The notes: a model not told the origin generated them from the letters alone. A stretch of 64,000 nt of DNA from an uncultured cyanobacterium (GCA_963744145.1 CAVUSO010000001.1:6528001-6592000), one strand, 5' to 3'; shown: positions 20,504-30,816, counted from the first letter of the stretch. A program made the numbers and translations.

Positions 20504-22467
20504 TAATAATTTCCTCCTCTAAAAGTGATTTTCACCTCTGTACCCAGTTGACGGGTTATCTCAAATACTCCCCGGATTTGGGTAACTAATCCTTGGACTA
20601 GAGAAATTCCCAGAGTTGTGGTTTTTTCCAGATCAAAATCATCTGGTAGTCCGATTCCATTATCTCGAACTATCAGCGTAAAAGAGGAGTTTTGCGAACC
20701 GACCATCACAGAATCAACTAATGATATTAACCTAATCTGAATTTCTCCGCTGCGATCATTGGGAAAAGCGTGTTTCAAAGCATTGGATACCAATTCATTG
20801 ACAATTAAGCCACAGGGAATAGCGGTTTCAATTTCTAAGTTTACTGTTTCAACTTGAATATCTAGAGTAACTTGGCTCGAATTAATATTGTAAGAATCAA
20901 AGAGATAAACCGTTAAATCTTGTAGATATTGAGCAAAGTCAATATTAGCCAGATCTTGAGAACGGTAGAGCTTTTCATGCACCAAAGCGATCGAAGCAAT
21001 CCGGTTTTCACTATCTCGTAAAATCATATTTGCTTGGGGATCTTGAGTACGACGGGACTGGATCTGTAGCAACCCACTTACAATACCAAGGTTATTTTTA
21101 ACACGATGATGAATCTCTTTCAATAACACCTCTTTTTCTTTGAGGGAAGCGGTTACCCGTTCTTCAGCTTGTTTGCGATCGGTAATATCCTGTTGAACCG
21201 CAACCAGGACATAACCATAGTCAGGATGCTGAAATACAGAGGTGGTAGCACTACACCAAAATGCAGTCCCATTTTTCTTAACATTATAGACTTCGTAGGT
21301 GGCTTCCCCATGTTGGAGAACCGTAGACCGAATGGCTTGATTAACTGCTTCAGCATCCCTTTCATCATTACCATAATTCACAATCGAAACATGACGACCA
21401 TTAAGTTCATCAGGGTCATAGCCAAACATCTGCTCAAATTTGGGATTAGCATAAACAATAATGCCATTATCAATCCTAACTAGACAAATGCCTTCAGCCA
21501 TATTGCGGGTAATTACAGCTTGTAGTTCCAACTTTTGTTGTGCTTGTTTGCGATCGGTGATATCCAAAATCACCCCTAACATCCGGATGGGCTCACCCTC
21601 AGCATCATATATAGCGCAACCCTTACCAATCAGCCAGTGTAGTGTACCATCTGGATATATCACTCGGTATTCACGTTCATAGTCGGTATGGTGTTTCAGA
21701 GCATTTAATAGGGATTGTTCGACCTGAGACCGATCGTCTGGATGAATTGCTTTGAGCCAGATTTGATAAAGATCGGGTGTTGATTTTGGCTCTAATCCTA
21801 GTAAACGAAAGTGATTGTCATTCCAAACTACTTCTCCAGTTCTGACATCCCAATTCCAGGTGCCGATCTTGGTAAATTCCAAGGTGAGTCTGACTAATTC
21901 TTCTTGTTGAGCTAAGGTTTCTTCTACTAGTTTGCGATCGGTGATATCTTTAGCGATGAAAGAAAACTGAGGTAGTCGATAGGAACCGAGTGCGATCGGA
22001 CAAATATTAACAAATAGCCAGCGCTTTTTGTCAGTATCATCACAATATTCAAAACTGACTGGAGCCTGACGTGACTGAGATATTTGGTAATACTCCAACC
22101 ATTGCTGGGGTCTTTCTGGGGATTCATCCATCTCACTGTCCAGTCGATTTAGTAATGCTTCAGATGTGGTGCCCAAAAAACCAGCCATAGCTTTGTTGAC
22201 AGAAATATAGCGGATATTATTGTGATCGAGTTCAACGATCGCCATCATATTTTCATGGTTGAAGAAACTCCACAGAATTGATTCACTCTGTTGTAGCTTG
22301 ATTTTGATTTGTTCTAACTCAGTAGTTAGTTCACTGATCCGGATTTCCAAATCTTCTTTAGCTTGTCTGAGTTCTAACTCAGCATTTTTTCGGTTGGTAA
22401 TATTTTCAGAAAAACTCATAATCTCCCCAATTTTCTGATTGGGTGCTACCAGTGACACAACTACCAT
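20503..22467 (-). CDS. Multi-PAS histidine kinase (HisKA_2 type)
   Basis: EIHHRVKNNL, NELVSNALKHAF and DNGIG; several DITDRK PAC ends; real start may be ATG 22419. Confidence 0.93.
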   Translation of the reverse strand: MVVVSLVAPNQKIGEIMSFSENITNRKNAELELRQAKEDLEIRISELTTELEQIKIKLQQSESILWSFFNHENMMAIVELDHNNIRYISVNKAMAGFLGTTSEALLNRLDSEMDESPERPQQWLEYYQISQSRQAPVSFEYCDDTDKKRWLFVNICPIALGSYRLPQFSFIAKDITDRKLVEETLAQQEELVRLTLEFTKIGTWNWDVRTGEVVWNDNHFRLLGLEPKSTPDLYQIWLKAIHPDDRSQVEQSLLNALKHHTDYEREYRVIYPDGTLHWLIGKGCAIYDAEGEPIRMLGVILDITDRKQAQQKLELQAVITRNMAEGICLVRIDNGIIVYANPKFEQMFGYDPDELNGRHVSIVNYGNDERDAEAVNQAIRSTVLQHGEATYEVYNVKKNGTAFWCSATTSVFQHPDYGYVLVAVQQDITDRKQAEERVTASLKEKEVLLKEIHHRVKNNLGIVSGLLQIQSRRTQDPQANMILRDSENRIASIALVHEKLYRSQDLANIDFAQYLQDLTVYLFDSYNINSSQVTLDIQVETVNLEIETAIPCGLIVNELVSNALKHAFPNDRSGEIQIRLISLVDSVMVGSQNSSFTLIVRDNGIGLPDDFDLEKTTTLGISLVQGLVTQIRGVFEITRQLGTEVKITFRGGNY

Positions 22468-22572
22468 TGTATCCGCTGGATGCTACCATTTTTTTTGTTC
22501 ACAGCCTTCTGCTTCACAGCACACCCTGATCCCTAATCAATTAAACCATTTTCCTCTCGATTTTGGCAATTT

Positions 22573-23859
22573 CTAAGCCAACCGTTTTCGCTTCGGGATC
22601 ACATCATCTGCTATTCCCCAATATGCTGATGCTTGCGACATCTTATAACTAAGAATTTCAGGGTGAACTTGATTAAGAATATTCGTAGTTAACAATTGAG
22701 AATTAATTCCTAATGCGTGAATAATTGCATCTCCAATCTCCTTAGATAAAGCGGGTATGACAGCATTGCCAATTTCTCTAAATCCATGCCAAATAGTTCG
22801 ATGAAATTGAAACCAGTCGGGAAAAGTATGTAGTCTAGCAGCTTCTCTAATGGTAATACAGCGAGGTTTTGAGTAGTGAATTGGTCGAGGAGCAGTGAAA
22901 GCACCTTTATCGCTATTAGTTCCAGCACGCAAAGTGTTACAGAGATCCAATTTTGATAACTTAAAAAATCGACTCTTGGGTTCAACTGTTCCTGGTGCAG
23001 TATTAGCAAAACGTTCGATCGACTGTGGTGTATGTACGGAACCAAGATGACCAAAAACTAAATCTCCTACTGTTCTAGTGTGACATTTGGCAAAAATTCC
23101 ACTTGGTTGCAATGCGTATTGAAGTCGATCACCTGTATAGTTAAGTCTATGATGATTTATGCCTCGGTCATAGTCAGTATAAGCTTCGATGTTGGATAGA
23201 TCGGCGATCGCATCATAGACAGTGATTAATGGATTGCTCTGCTCTGAAGATAAATCCTCAGACTGAGCATGAGTTTGTCCATATTTGGGTAAAGGATATT
23301 TAGCCAGATTTACATCGTTTCTACTACCGATTATAATCAAACGCTTTCTTTTCTGGGGTGCACCAAATTCACTCGCATCAAGGATTTTGATTGGTTGGTC
23401 GATTCGATAACCTATGGTAGCAAATTCACTAATTAATTCCGTCAGAAATTGTCGGTGCTGTCCAGTTGTCATTCCTGGTACATTCTCAAAAATAAAATAT
23501 TTTGGTTTCAGTTCAGAGATAATTCTATGGTATTGAAATACTAATGAGTTTCTTGGATCATTAAGCTGACGCTTTCCCATCAGGGAGAATCCTTGACAAG
23601 GAGGACCACCAGCAATTAAGTCAATATCTTTTCCGTAACCCTTTTCAACTAGCGCTTGGAGGATATCTGAACTGGAAACCTGGGAAATATCTTGGCAAAT
23701 TGTTTCACAATAAGGGAAATTGTAATGATGAACTAATGAATGGATAGCATCAAACTCAACTGCTACAGCCACATCAAAACCAGCTGCTTCTAATCCCAGG
23801 GACATTCCTCCACAACCGGCAAATAAATCTATCGCTATGGGTCTTTTTATGGTGATCAT
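22573..23859 (-). CDS. C5-cytosine DNA methyltransferase, likely CGATCG-specific (M.Ssp6803I-like)
   Basis: FAGCGG, GPPCQ, ENV and Q.R.R motifs; CNTLRAGT..KGAFTAPRPIH region matches my recollection of Synechocystis Slr0214. Confidence 0.9.
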   Translation of the reverse strand: MITIKRPIAIDLFAGCGGMSLGLEAAGFDVAVAVEFDAIHSLVHHYNFPYCETICQDISQVSSSDILQALVEKGYGKDIDLIAGGPPCQGFSLMGKRQLNDPRNSLVFQYHRIISELKPKYFIFENVPGMTTGQHRQFLTELISEFATIGYRIDQPIKILDASEFGAPQKRKRLIIIGSRNDVNLAKYPLPKYGQTHAQSEDLSSEQSNPLITVYDAIADLSNIEAYTDYDRGINHHRLNYTGDRLQYALQPSGIFAKCHTRTVGDLVFGHLGSVHTPQSIERFANTAPGTVEPKSRFFKLSKLDLCNTLRAGTNSDKGAFTAPRPIHYSKPRCITIREAARLHTFPDWFQFHRTIWHGFREIGNAVIPALSKEIGDAIIHALGINSQLLTTNILNQVHPEILSYKMSQASAYWGIADDVIPKRKRLA

Positions 23860-23923
23860 GGAAAAATTATTAGCCAGCAGAAGTAATATATGATCATAAC
23901 CTTCATTATTTTATCCTTTCCCC

Positions 23924-24763
23924 TTGCCTAAACAAAGACTAGATACCTTATTAGTAGAGTTAAACCTCTGTTCTTCCCGACAATTGGCTCAACGCTTAAT
24001 TCGTGCTGGGGAAGTTATGGTAAATAATCAGGTAATTGATAAACCTGGTACAGATATAGATATCTCTGCTCAGATTTTAATTAAACAGCGATCGCGATAT
24101 GTATCTAGAGGAGGAGAAAAACTCGCGAAAGCTTTAGAAATCTTTACTATTCCCGTAGCGAATCGAATTTGTTTAGATGGAGGAATTTCTACGGGTGGTT
24201 TTACTGACTGTTTACTCCAAGCAGGTGCTAAATTAGTTTATGGGATTGATGTTGGTTATGGTCAAGTTGACTGGAAATTACGCAATGACCCACGGGTGAT
24301 TTTAAAAGAGCGTACTAATCTCCGTTATCTTCAACCTAGTGAATTATATGGTGATCAACCCTTAGCTGATTTAGGTGTGGTGGATGTATCTTTTATTTCT
24401 CTGACAAAAATTATACCTGTTCTCTGGCAACTGCTCCAACCACCTAAAGAAATAGTATTGTTAGTCAAACCGCAATTTGAAGTGGGACGGGAAAAAATTG
24501 GTAAAAAAGGGGTAGTCCGGGATTCTTATGATCAAGCTCAAGCAATTTGGCAAGTTTTACAAGCGGCTTTAGCTTTAGGATGGAGATATAATGGTCTTAC
24601 TTGGTCTCCTTTAATGGGTCCTGCTGGTAATATTGAGTATCTGCTCTGGTTACAAATCAATAGTCAAATCCCGATTCCCGAATTTGACGCGATCGCACAA
24701 CTCACCCAGTCTGCTCACCATCTTTTAGCTCATCCTCACCCTCCCACCGGTTCAGAAATATAG
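23924..24763 (+). CDS. tlyA: TlyA-family rRNA methyltransferase
   Basis: KQRLD S4 domain, YVSRGGEKL, DVSFIS and KPQFE motifs. Confidence 0.95.
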   Translation: MPKQRLDTLLVELNLCSSRQLAQRLIRAGEVMVNNQVIDKPGTDIDISAQILIKQRSRYVSRGGEKLAKALEIFTIPVANRICLDGGISTGGFTDCLLQAGAKLVYGIDVGYGQVDWKLRNDPRVILKERTNLRYLQPSELYGDQPLADLGVVDVSFISLTKIIPVLWQLLQPPKEIVLLVKPQFEVGREKIGKKGVVRDSYDQAQAIWQVLQAALALGWRYNGLTWSPLMGPAGNIEYLLWLQINSQIPIPEFDAIAQLTQSAHHLLAHPHPPTGSEI

Positions 24764-24796
24764 TCCTAGTTGATCTTGTTCTTTTTTTTTAACTAA

Positions 24797-25555
24797 ATGC
24801 TTTTCTTCAAACAATTTAGCGGTGTCTTATTATATCTTTTTAGTGTCCTATCCCTGCTATTTATAGCAGTTATGATTAAGATCATCTCACTTTCTATTGC
24901 CGATCAACTGATTTATAATCTTTATATAGTTGGGGATATTCTTAGGGGACTTGAAATTGTTGAAACTGTAAATATATTAGTATTTGCCATTCTTGGGATG
25001 GGATTTGGTTTAATTAGTATCTACTTACCCAAACGGTGGGGAATTAAAATTGGCGCTTTATTTTTAATCATCCTATTTCCTTTAATATTTACTATAACTA
25101 ATCTAGTGAGATATCATACTTGGATTCAACATATTGTTGCTAATCAGGGGATAAGTTATGTCCGAGCAGAAAATTTTAGTAATAATTTTTTAAAAAACAA
25201 AATTGGGACAGAAGGATTTATTGGCTTTTATTTATATACGGCAAGTTTTCCAGCTTTACCAACTAAAGAATCACAAATCCAAGAAATAGAAGAGTTACAA
25301 AAATCAGTCAAAAACAAAATTTTGCAAATCATCTTACATGGTAATAAAATCCAACTATCAACAGCGACAGGAATTTTAGCGATCGGAAGTTGGGGAATTA
25401 GAGTTTTTTATTTTTTATTATCCCTATTAGCCACAGTAGTTCATTTTTGGGAAGGATTAAAAGAAGCGGGAAGAATCCCCATCATTAAAGAGGAAAAAGT
25501 CCCCCAGAAAGTCCCCCAAAAAATCCCCAAGAAAAAATTAGCAATTAGCGATTAG
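24797..25555 (+). CDS. Hypothetical membrane protein
   Basis: 252-aa ORF with about 4 TM segments. Confidence 0.75.
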   Translation: MLFFKQFSGVLLYLFSVLSLLFIAVMIKIISLSIADQLIYNLYIVGDILRGLEIVETVNILVFAILGMGFGLISIYLPKRWGIKIGALFLIILFPLIFTITNLVRYHTWIQHIVANQGISYVRAENFSNNFLKNKIGTEGFIGFYLYTASFPALPTKESQIQEIEELQKSVKNKILQIILHGNKIQLSTATGILAIGSWGIRVFYFLLSLLATVVHFWEGLKEAGRIPIIKEEKVPQKVPQKIPKKKLAISD

Positions 25556-26999
25556 CAATTTTCAATTCTTTCCGTAATCGATAAAGAATAGTATGGGATT
25601 CTACTTGATTAAGAATCTCGTGAATCATCGTATCCGGACCATCCGGTCCCCAAGTACAACCAAGTTCTAAGTATATCTGTGCTGCTTGACCAACCACATA
25701 AGTTCCATATCCAGCTAGACTAGCTTGCGCGATCGCTGCTCCTAGATAAGCAGGAATTCCTGGAGTCGCGATCGCTGTAGCAGTTTTACCTAAACCAAAG
25801 AGAAAACTACTGCTCAATTCACTTAATAATAACCCACCGGCACTGATCATAATCTTCTTTAACAACTTACTTGCTTCATAACCAGTCATTGGTAGATTAT
25901 AGAGTTTAGCCAAAGCACGAATCAAAGCTAAATCAGCTACAGTTCCACCAATTAAATCTAACAAGAAAATCGGATTGACCGCAACTGCTAGAGATTTATA
26001 TTTAGCAAACTCCCAAATTAAATCTGCTGCGGCTCGGTGACGGATTTCCAGAGTTTTATTAGCAATTTTTATTTGAGCATCTTTAGCTTGAATTAGAGCA
26101 TTTACAGCTAAAAGCGATCGCCCTTCCTGATTTAATAAATTCAGAATTTTTTGCTTTAACTCATCCATCATCGGTGGGGGAGACTCCCATTCTGCTGTCA
26201 CCTCTCCATTGGGCCATTCCACCCGAATTTCCCTCGGTACAGGAGCCGCAGCGACCATCACAATTTCATCAGCAGATAATAATTTTTCTAACCTTCCTCC
26301 AACTTTACTACCTCCACCAAGATTTTGCAATTGTTGGTAAATTGCTTGTCGATCTTGTTCCGGATAGAGGTCAATTTTATTAAAGACCAAAAGCATTGGT
26401 TTCTGTGCTGTGCGGAGTTCACAGAGCGCTTCATATTCCGTCCGAGTAATATCTCCTGCAACTACAAACAGAATTAAATCTGCTTGACGAGCTACTTCTC
26501 TGGACATTTCTGCTCTTGCTTGACCTTCAATTTCATCTAATCCGGGGGTATCGATTAACTCAATTTGGATCTTACCTTCATGATTAGGTGTCCAACGCAC
26601 GGCTATGGGCCATTGAGTTACCCCATTGAGGGGACCAGTTTGTAATATTTTTTGACCAATTAGAGCATTAAGTACCGCAGATTTACCCCGACTGACTAAA
26701 CCAAATGCTGCAATCCGAACGACACCATGATCAAGTTTAGCTAAGTTAGATGCTAAAACATCCAGTTCAGTTTGGAGAGCTGCTGGTAATTTTGAATTAA
26801 GAGTATTGTGCTGATTGGAGAAGTTTGTATACCTAGTGATTAATTCTCGCAAAGTAGCACGGGCCCGTTGAAAGTGATTGTCTTGTAAATTACTCCAGGT
26901 TGAGGATGTTTGGTGATCACCTGGGGGATGGGGTGGGATTGATTCAGGATGATTCAAGGTAGTTTTTTTTATAGTAGTTTTTTGATTTAACAGACCCAA
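25545..26999 (-). CDS. GTP-binding protein with DUF697 domain
   Basis: GLVSRGKS, DTPG and NKID GTPase motifs. Confidence 0.9.
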   Translation of the reverse strand: MGLLNQKTTIKKTTLNHPESIPPHPPGDHQTSSTWSNLQDNHFQRARATLRELITRYTNFSNQHNTLNSKLPAALQTELDVLASNLAKLDHGVVRIAAFGLVSRGKSAVLNALIGQKILQTGPLNGVTQWPIAVRWTPNHEGKIQIELIDTPGLDEIEGQARAEMSREVARQADLILFVVAGDITRTEYEALCELRTAQKPMLLVFNKIDLYPEQDRQAIYQQLQNLGGGSKVGGRLEKLLSADEIVMVAAAPVPREIRVEWPNGEVTAEWESPPPMMDELKQKILNLLNQEGRSLLAVNALIQAKDAQIKIANKTLEIRHRAAADLIWEFAKYKSLAVAVNPIFLLDLIGGTVADLALIRALAKLYNLPMTGYEASKLLKKIMISAGGLLLSELSSSFLFGLGKTATAIATPGIPAYLGAAIAQASLAGYGTYVVGQAAQIYLELGCTWGPDGPDTMIHEILNQVESHTILYRLRKELKIANR

Positions 27000-27012
27000 A
27001 ACACAGATACAG

Positions 27013-27456
27013 TTAACTTACTGCTGGTAACCATTCTAGATTAAGTAATTGCTCAAGGGAGTAAGGAGATTTGGGAGGAAAACTGATAGAATTTTGAGTT
27101 TTAATTTTTACAAAACCTAACGCATCTTGATAGATAGAGTCTAATTCTGTCTCTAAATAGTTACGCAGGTTAGTAGTAAGTCTTCGTTTTAATTGAGTGC
27201 GAAAATTATAGATTTCTTCTTGCCAATGAATAGCATTATATTCAGTAGCATTGATCCAGTATTGCAGTAATAATAGATCACGAAAAACCTGTTCTAAAAG
27301 ACTGGCTACAGCATTTTTCTTTTCTCTTCCCAAGTCTTCTAACTCCTCAATTAAGTTCTCTAAATCTAGCTCTTGAAATTGGTGGGTTTTAATTAATTTC
27401 ACCGTTTCTTCTAGCCATTGAGAATCATCTAGCTCGTAGAGATTTTTTAAGTTCAT
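27013..27456 (-). CDS. DUF29 family protein
   Basis: LYE.D...W, LDLENLIEELEDLG and FP..SPYSLEQLL motifs. Confidence 0.92.
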   Translation of the reverse strand: MNLKNLYELDDSQWLEETVKLIKTHQFQELDLENLIEELEDLGREKKNAVASLLEQVFRDLLLLQYWINATEYNAIHWQEEIYNFRTQLKRRLTTNLRNYLETELDSIYQDALGFVKIKTQNSISFPPKSPYSLEQLLNLEWLPAVS

Positions 27457-27519
27457 AATGATTTAAAGCTATGAAATTATAGATAGCCTCATATTATAGC
27501 ATATTTTGGCAAACTTTGT

Positions 27520-27729
27520 CTATTTTTTTGAATTTGGTTTGGCGATCGCTTGGAGGGCACTAGGGCTATCACGATTGCTCCACCAGTTTTTCTTCTTCCG
27601 TGCTGATTCAGGAAGTGAGCATTTCATCAATGCTTCGATTTCGGTAAAGGTTAGCGTGACTGCTGCTTGATTGCAGCAATGCAGGTGTTCAAAGAGTGGA
27701 TAGTATTTGCTTCCAGGTTTGATGCTCAT
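27520..27729 (-). pseudogene. Truncated small DNA-binding-type protein (SKY.PL...LTF.EIE...LP.SA...WWSN family)
   Basis: Family-like sequence stops at HIP1 site 27542-27549. Confidence 0.55.
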
Positions 27730-27749
27730 GAGAGGAATTAATCAAAACC

Positions 27750-28202
27750 TCATGGAACAGATGGGATCACAAAGTCTGAGAACAACTGAATATCAAAACC
27801 TGTATTTTTTAGAGTATTGACTAACCGTTGATCTTGAGTGAGTAGAGGAGCGTTGTTCTGTTGGGAAAGGGCAACATAGCACGCATCATAGGCAGAAATT
27901 CCATGAGCGATACTAAGGGAAAGTGCTTTCAGCATCAGATCAGCAGTAGGCGTTGTGGTGAAGCGAAGCAACTTTAAATCGGCTAGGTTAGCTTGGGCTT
28001 CTGCACTGTCATACAACCCAGCACGAATATATTTCCAGGCAATGTTTGTACATTTGATGTAAAACAAATCTGGAATGTAAATCCGAGCATCCGGATCATT
28101 CAAATGGGCAAAAAGCTGATCCACTTTTGGAGTCAGTGGCTCGATAATGAATTTCTTAATGCCAACGCTGGCATCGACTATACACTTGAGGGAAGTTGTC
28201 AT
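27750..28202 (-). CDS. VapC/PIN-domain toxin
   Basis: IVDASV, SAYDACYVAL and LLTQD..L motifs. Confidence 0.88.
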   Translation of the reverse strand: MTTSLKCIVDASVGIKKFIIEPLTPKVDQLFAHLNDPDARIYIPDLFYIKCTNIAWKYIRAGLYDSAEAQANLADLKLLRFTTTPTADLMLKALSLSIAHGISAYDACYVALSQQNNAPLLTQDQRLVNTLKNTGFDIQLFSDFVIPSVP

Positions 28203-28567
28203 CGGGCACGATCATCCTGAATCAAGGTAAGGGTATCTGGTAGATGGTGTTGAGCGGGGGAAAAGGTTCGGCGTTGCTCAATCCGTTGAAGAATGTTTGC
28301 CTGCGTAGGTTGGTTTTGCTTTTGCTGTGAACCGTTTGCCGACTGTGTTCTTAAGTCTTGTTGGAAGTCTTCAACGCCATAATGAATGGGGATTTTACGG
28401 CTACCCAAAATGCGCTGAAATTCTAATTGATTCATACCTGCAAACTGGCTGGCTGTGCCCAAGGTAATCTTTTCCTGCTGAAACAGCAGAATGGCAATTT
28501 CTAGCTTGAAATCAGCTTCAGAAATATGTGCCGCTTGCAGAAACTCATCAGAAATAACTAAACTCAT
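28199..28567 (-). CDS. Chimeric UPF0175 / antitoxin-tail protein
   Basis: First ~78 aa near-identical to 44109-44354; unrelated tail ends in ATGA overlap with the PIN gene. Confidence 0.75.
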   Translation of the reverse strand: MSLVISDEFLQAAHISEADFKLEIAILLFQQEKITLGTASQFAGMNQLEFQRILGSRKIPIHYGVEDFQQDLRTQSANGSQQKQNQPTQANILQRIEQRRTFSPAQHHLPDTLTLIQDDRAR

Positions 28568-28589
28568 ACTTCAAAATTTCCTTTCATGC

Positions 28590-28725
28590 TTATTGTTTAT
28601 TAGGTAAGAGGATAACAAAATTTCCAGTTGGGCAAGTAGCGGTTCCAACTCTGAGATAACATGAGCATATCCCACAGTGATCCGGCATCACGGTTGTTTG
28701 CTTGCATAGATCACCTGATATTTGC
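28590..28725 (-). pseudogene. Remnant of an MNT-HepT (DUF86) toxin-antitoxin pair
   Basis: ..YQVIYASKQP* overlapping MQANNRDAGSLWDML, then out-of-frame VISELEPLLAQLE. Confidence 0.6.
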
Positions 28726-29098
28726 TACAGCTTGATGAGAAACAAAAAACAAATATTTCAAAGCCCGATCAGATTCAATTGATTTTGATGGGAGGTGTTA
28801 ATATGGGTCTAATTTTACCAGATTTGGCCCTAAATTTTTCCTCTATTTATGTATCACATAAAATGATATTTGTCAAGTAAATTAAGATACGTTCAGCAAT
28901 TCTCATTTTGAAAAAAATCAGAGAAAATTCTCTTATTTAAATAGAGAACTTGTGTCGAAGCATGATTTTTTGACAGATAATTATCATCCGACGCTGAAGA
29001 TAGACAAGTTTTCAGAAATTTGTCCATGAAAAATCGATTTCAACTGATACATCCAGATGAAATTCTCACCCATTTTTTAGGTTTTTTTTGATAAAAAA

Positions 29099-29300
29099 GT
29101 ACGGGCGTATTGCAATACGCCCCTACCCTTCCTCTTTCAATATATTGATATTTTTCAACTAGAATTTAGTTTTTTTAATGGGACATTCTCGGTGAGAATA
29201 AATGAGAATAAATCTGACCAATTTTTGAACCATAAATATTTTAATAAGGTCCGAATATCCTTAAAGAAAGTAGTAGGGGCGTATGGCAATACGCCCGTAC
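29099..29300. repeat. Pair of inverted 28-bp GTAG/GTAC REP-like palindromes
   Basis: GTACGGGCGTATTGCAATACGCCCCTAC (29099-29126) and its near reverse complement (29273-29300). Confidence 0.85.
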
Positions 29301-30506
29301 TAATAGGTCACGAACTTTTTGATAGATGTAATTAACTAAATCCAAAACAGTATGAAATAAAAAAGCTAGTAAATTCAAAGACAATAATAACTCGCACAAA
29401 TGATTTTCACCATGACCAAAGTTATGCTCTAAATTATAACCGTGATTTTTAAGAACGTTATTACTTTCATTCTCAACTTTCCATCTGCTGCGCCCAGCTT
29501 TGACAATTTCTTCAATATTATTTTCAGTGATTTTATGATTAGTGATCCAATTATTTTGGTAGATAATTTTCTGTGTTTCCTCATTAATAACAGTCACTTC
29601 GTACCAATTAACTTCGAGACTTGATTCTTCATCTTTTAAGGGAACTCTATTAGCATAGCGATAACGATACAGGAGATTTTTTCGCCCATCCCATTGGGGC
29701 TTTTTAATGGTAGTAACTTCTCCACTTTTTTCTAAAAACTCTAGCCATTCATATAAAGTTTTATGCGAAGTTTCTCGACCAACAAAAATAAAATTATATC
29801 CTTGTTTTAGAGCTAATTCACAAATAGGTTGGTGGGCATATAAGTCATCCCCTAAAAGGGTTACAGGATAACCATATTTATTTTGATGATTCTTATTCAA
29901 CCATCTTTTAACCGCCGCATTTTCACAATCTTGTTTTTGATGACCATCCAGGTTTTTAATAAATTCTGGCGCTAAACTAATCACTTGGTTTTGATTAGGA
30001 GAAACTACAATAGGTGTAACACAGCTATGAAAATAGGTGGTAGTTCCATTGCGATGATTACGACGGTTACAATGAGGACAATTTATTTTCTGTGATGAAA
30101 AATATTCGGTGCCATCTAAAGCCATTAAAATTTCTTCATCTAAGTAGAGAAACTTTTTCAAAACTCCGTTTTTATTTAACCATTCATAGACTTCTTGAAA
30201 AGCCATAAATATAGTAGCTGCTGGCACCGGATCTAACAAATTTCTGATTTGATTATCACAGGGAATTTTCTTAATTGAAAATAAACTTTCTGCGTTATCT
30301 TTTCCTTTATTGCTTTTCATTAACCGCTGATGGTCTAAAAAAGATGCTGACTGAGTAAAAAAGATTGAAAATGCAGCCATCACTGCATCTTCTACCTGGT
30401 ATTTCGTATTATTTCCAGGTTTCCTTTCATCAGGTAAGTCATGTAATTGTTGACGTAAAAATTCGATTAATTCAGGGATTTCTAGGGTCGCTGCTTTTTG
30501 AGCCAT
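29155..30506 (-). pseudogene. ISNCY-type transposase frameshifted by palindrome insertion
   Basis: ALDGT, GDDLY and RWKVENE DDE motifs; C-terminus TFFKDIRTLLKY..KLNSS* in another frame beyond 29273-29300. Confidence 0.85.
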
Positions 30507-30816
30507 GTTTGAGTAATTTAACGTGCTGTCAGATTTTTAACTCACCGATTATACCTCATCTGATCACAATTATAAATTTTTATTTTCCTTGAATTCCCTA
30601 TTCTAAAAACCGAACTATCAAACTGGATTTCCCTCGTTCGTTGTCAGGCCATCCTCGATTCTATTGAGTATTTATACTTAGATATTGACCCAATTGTTTT
30701 TTAGCCATTGCCTCTGCCTGAAAAACTGGTTATTTTGTACTATATTTTCAATTCCCAAATCGGGATTAATACTCTATTTTTTTTTAAATGAGAATTGCTG
30801 AGATACGTTTACCCTG

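Larger units (their letters stand above)
28894..30800 (-). mobile_element. Insertion sequence, ISNCY-type DDE
   Basis: TIR CAGCAATTCTCATTT / AAATGAGAATTGCTG; 9-bp TSD AGATACGTT at 28885-28893 and 30801-30809. Confidence 0.93.

Noticed and set aside
22573..23859. Restriction-modification system
   Set aside because: No adjacent endonuclease; fits an orphan housekeeping methylase
29099..29300. Single composite REPIN/MITE inserted as one unit
   Set aside because: The spacer encodes the transposase C-terminus, so it is IS DNA
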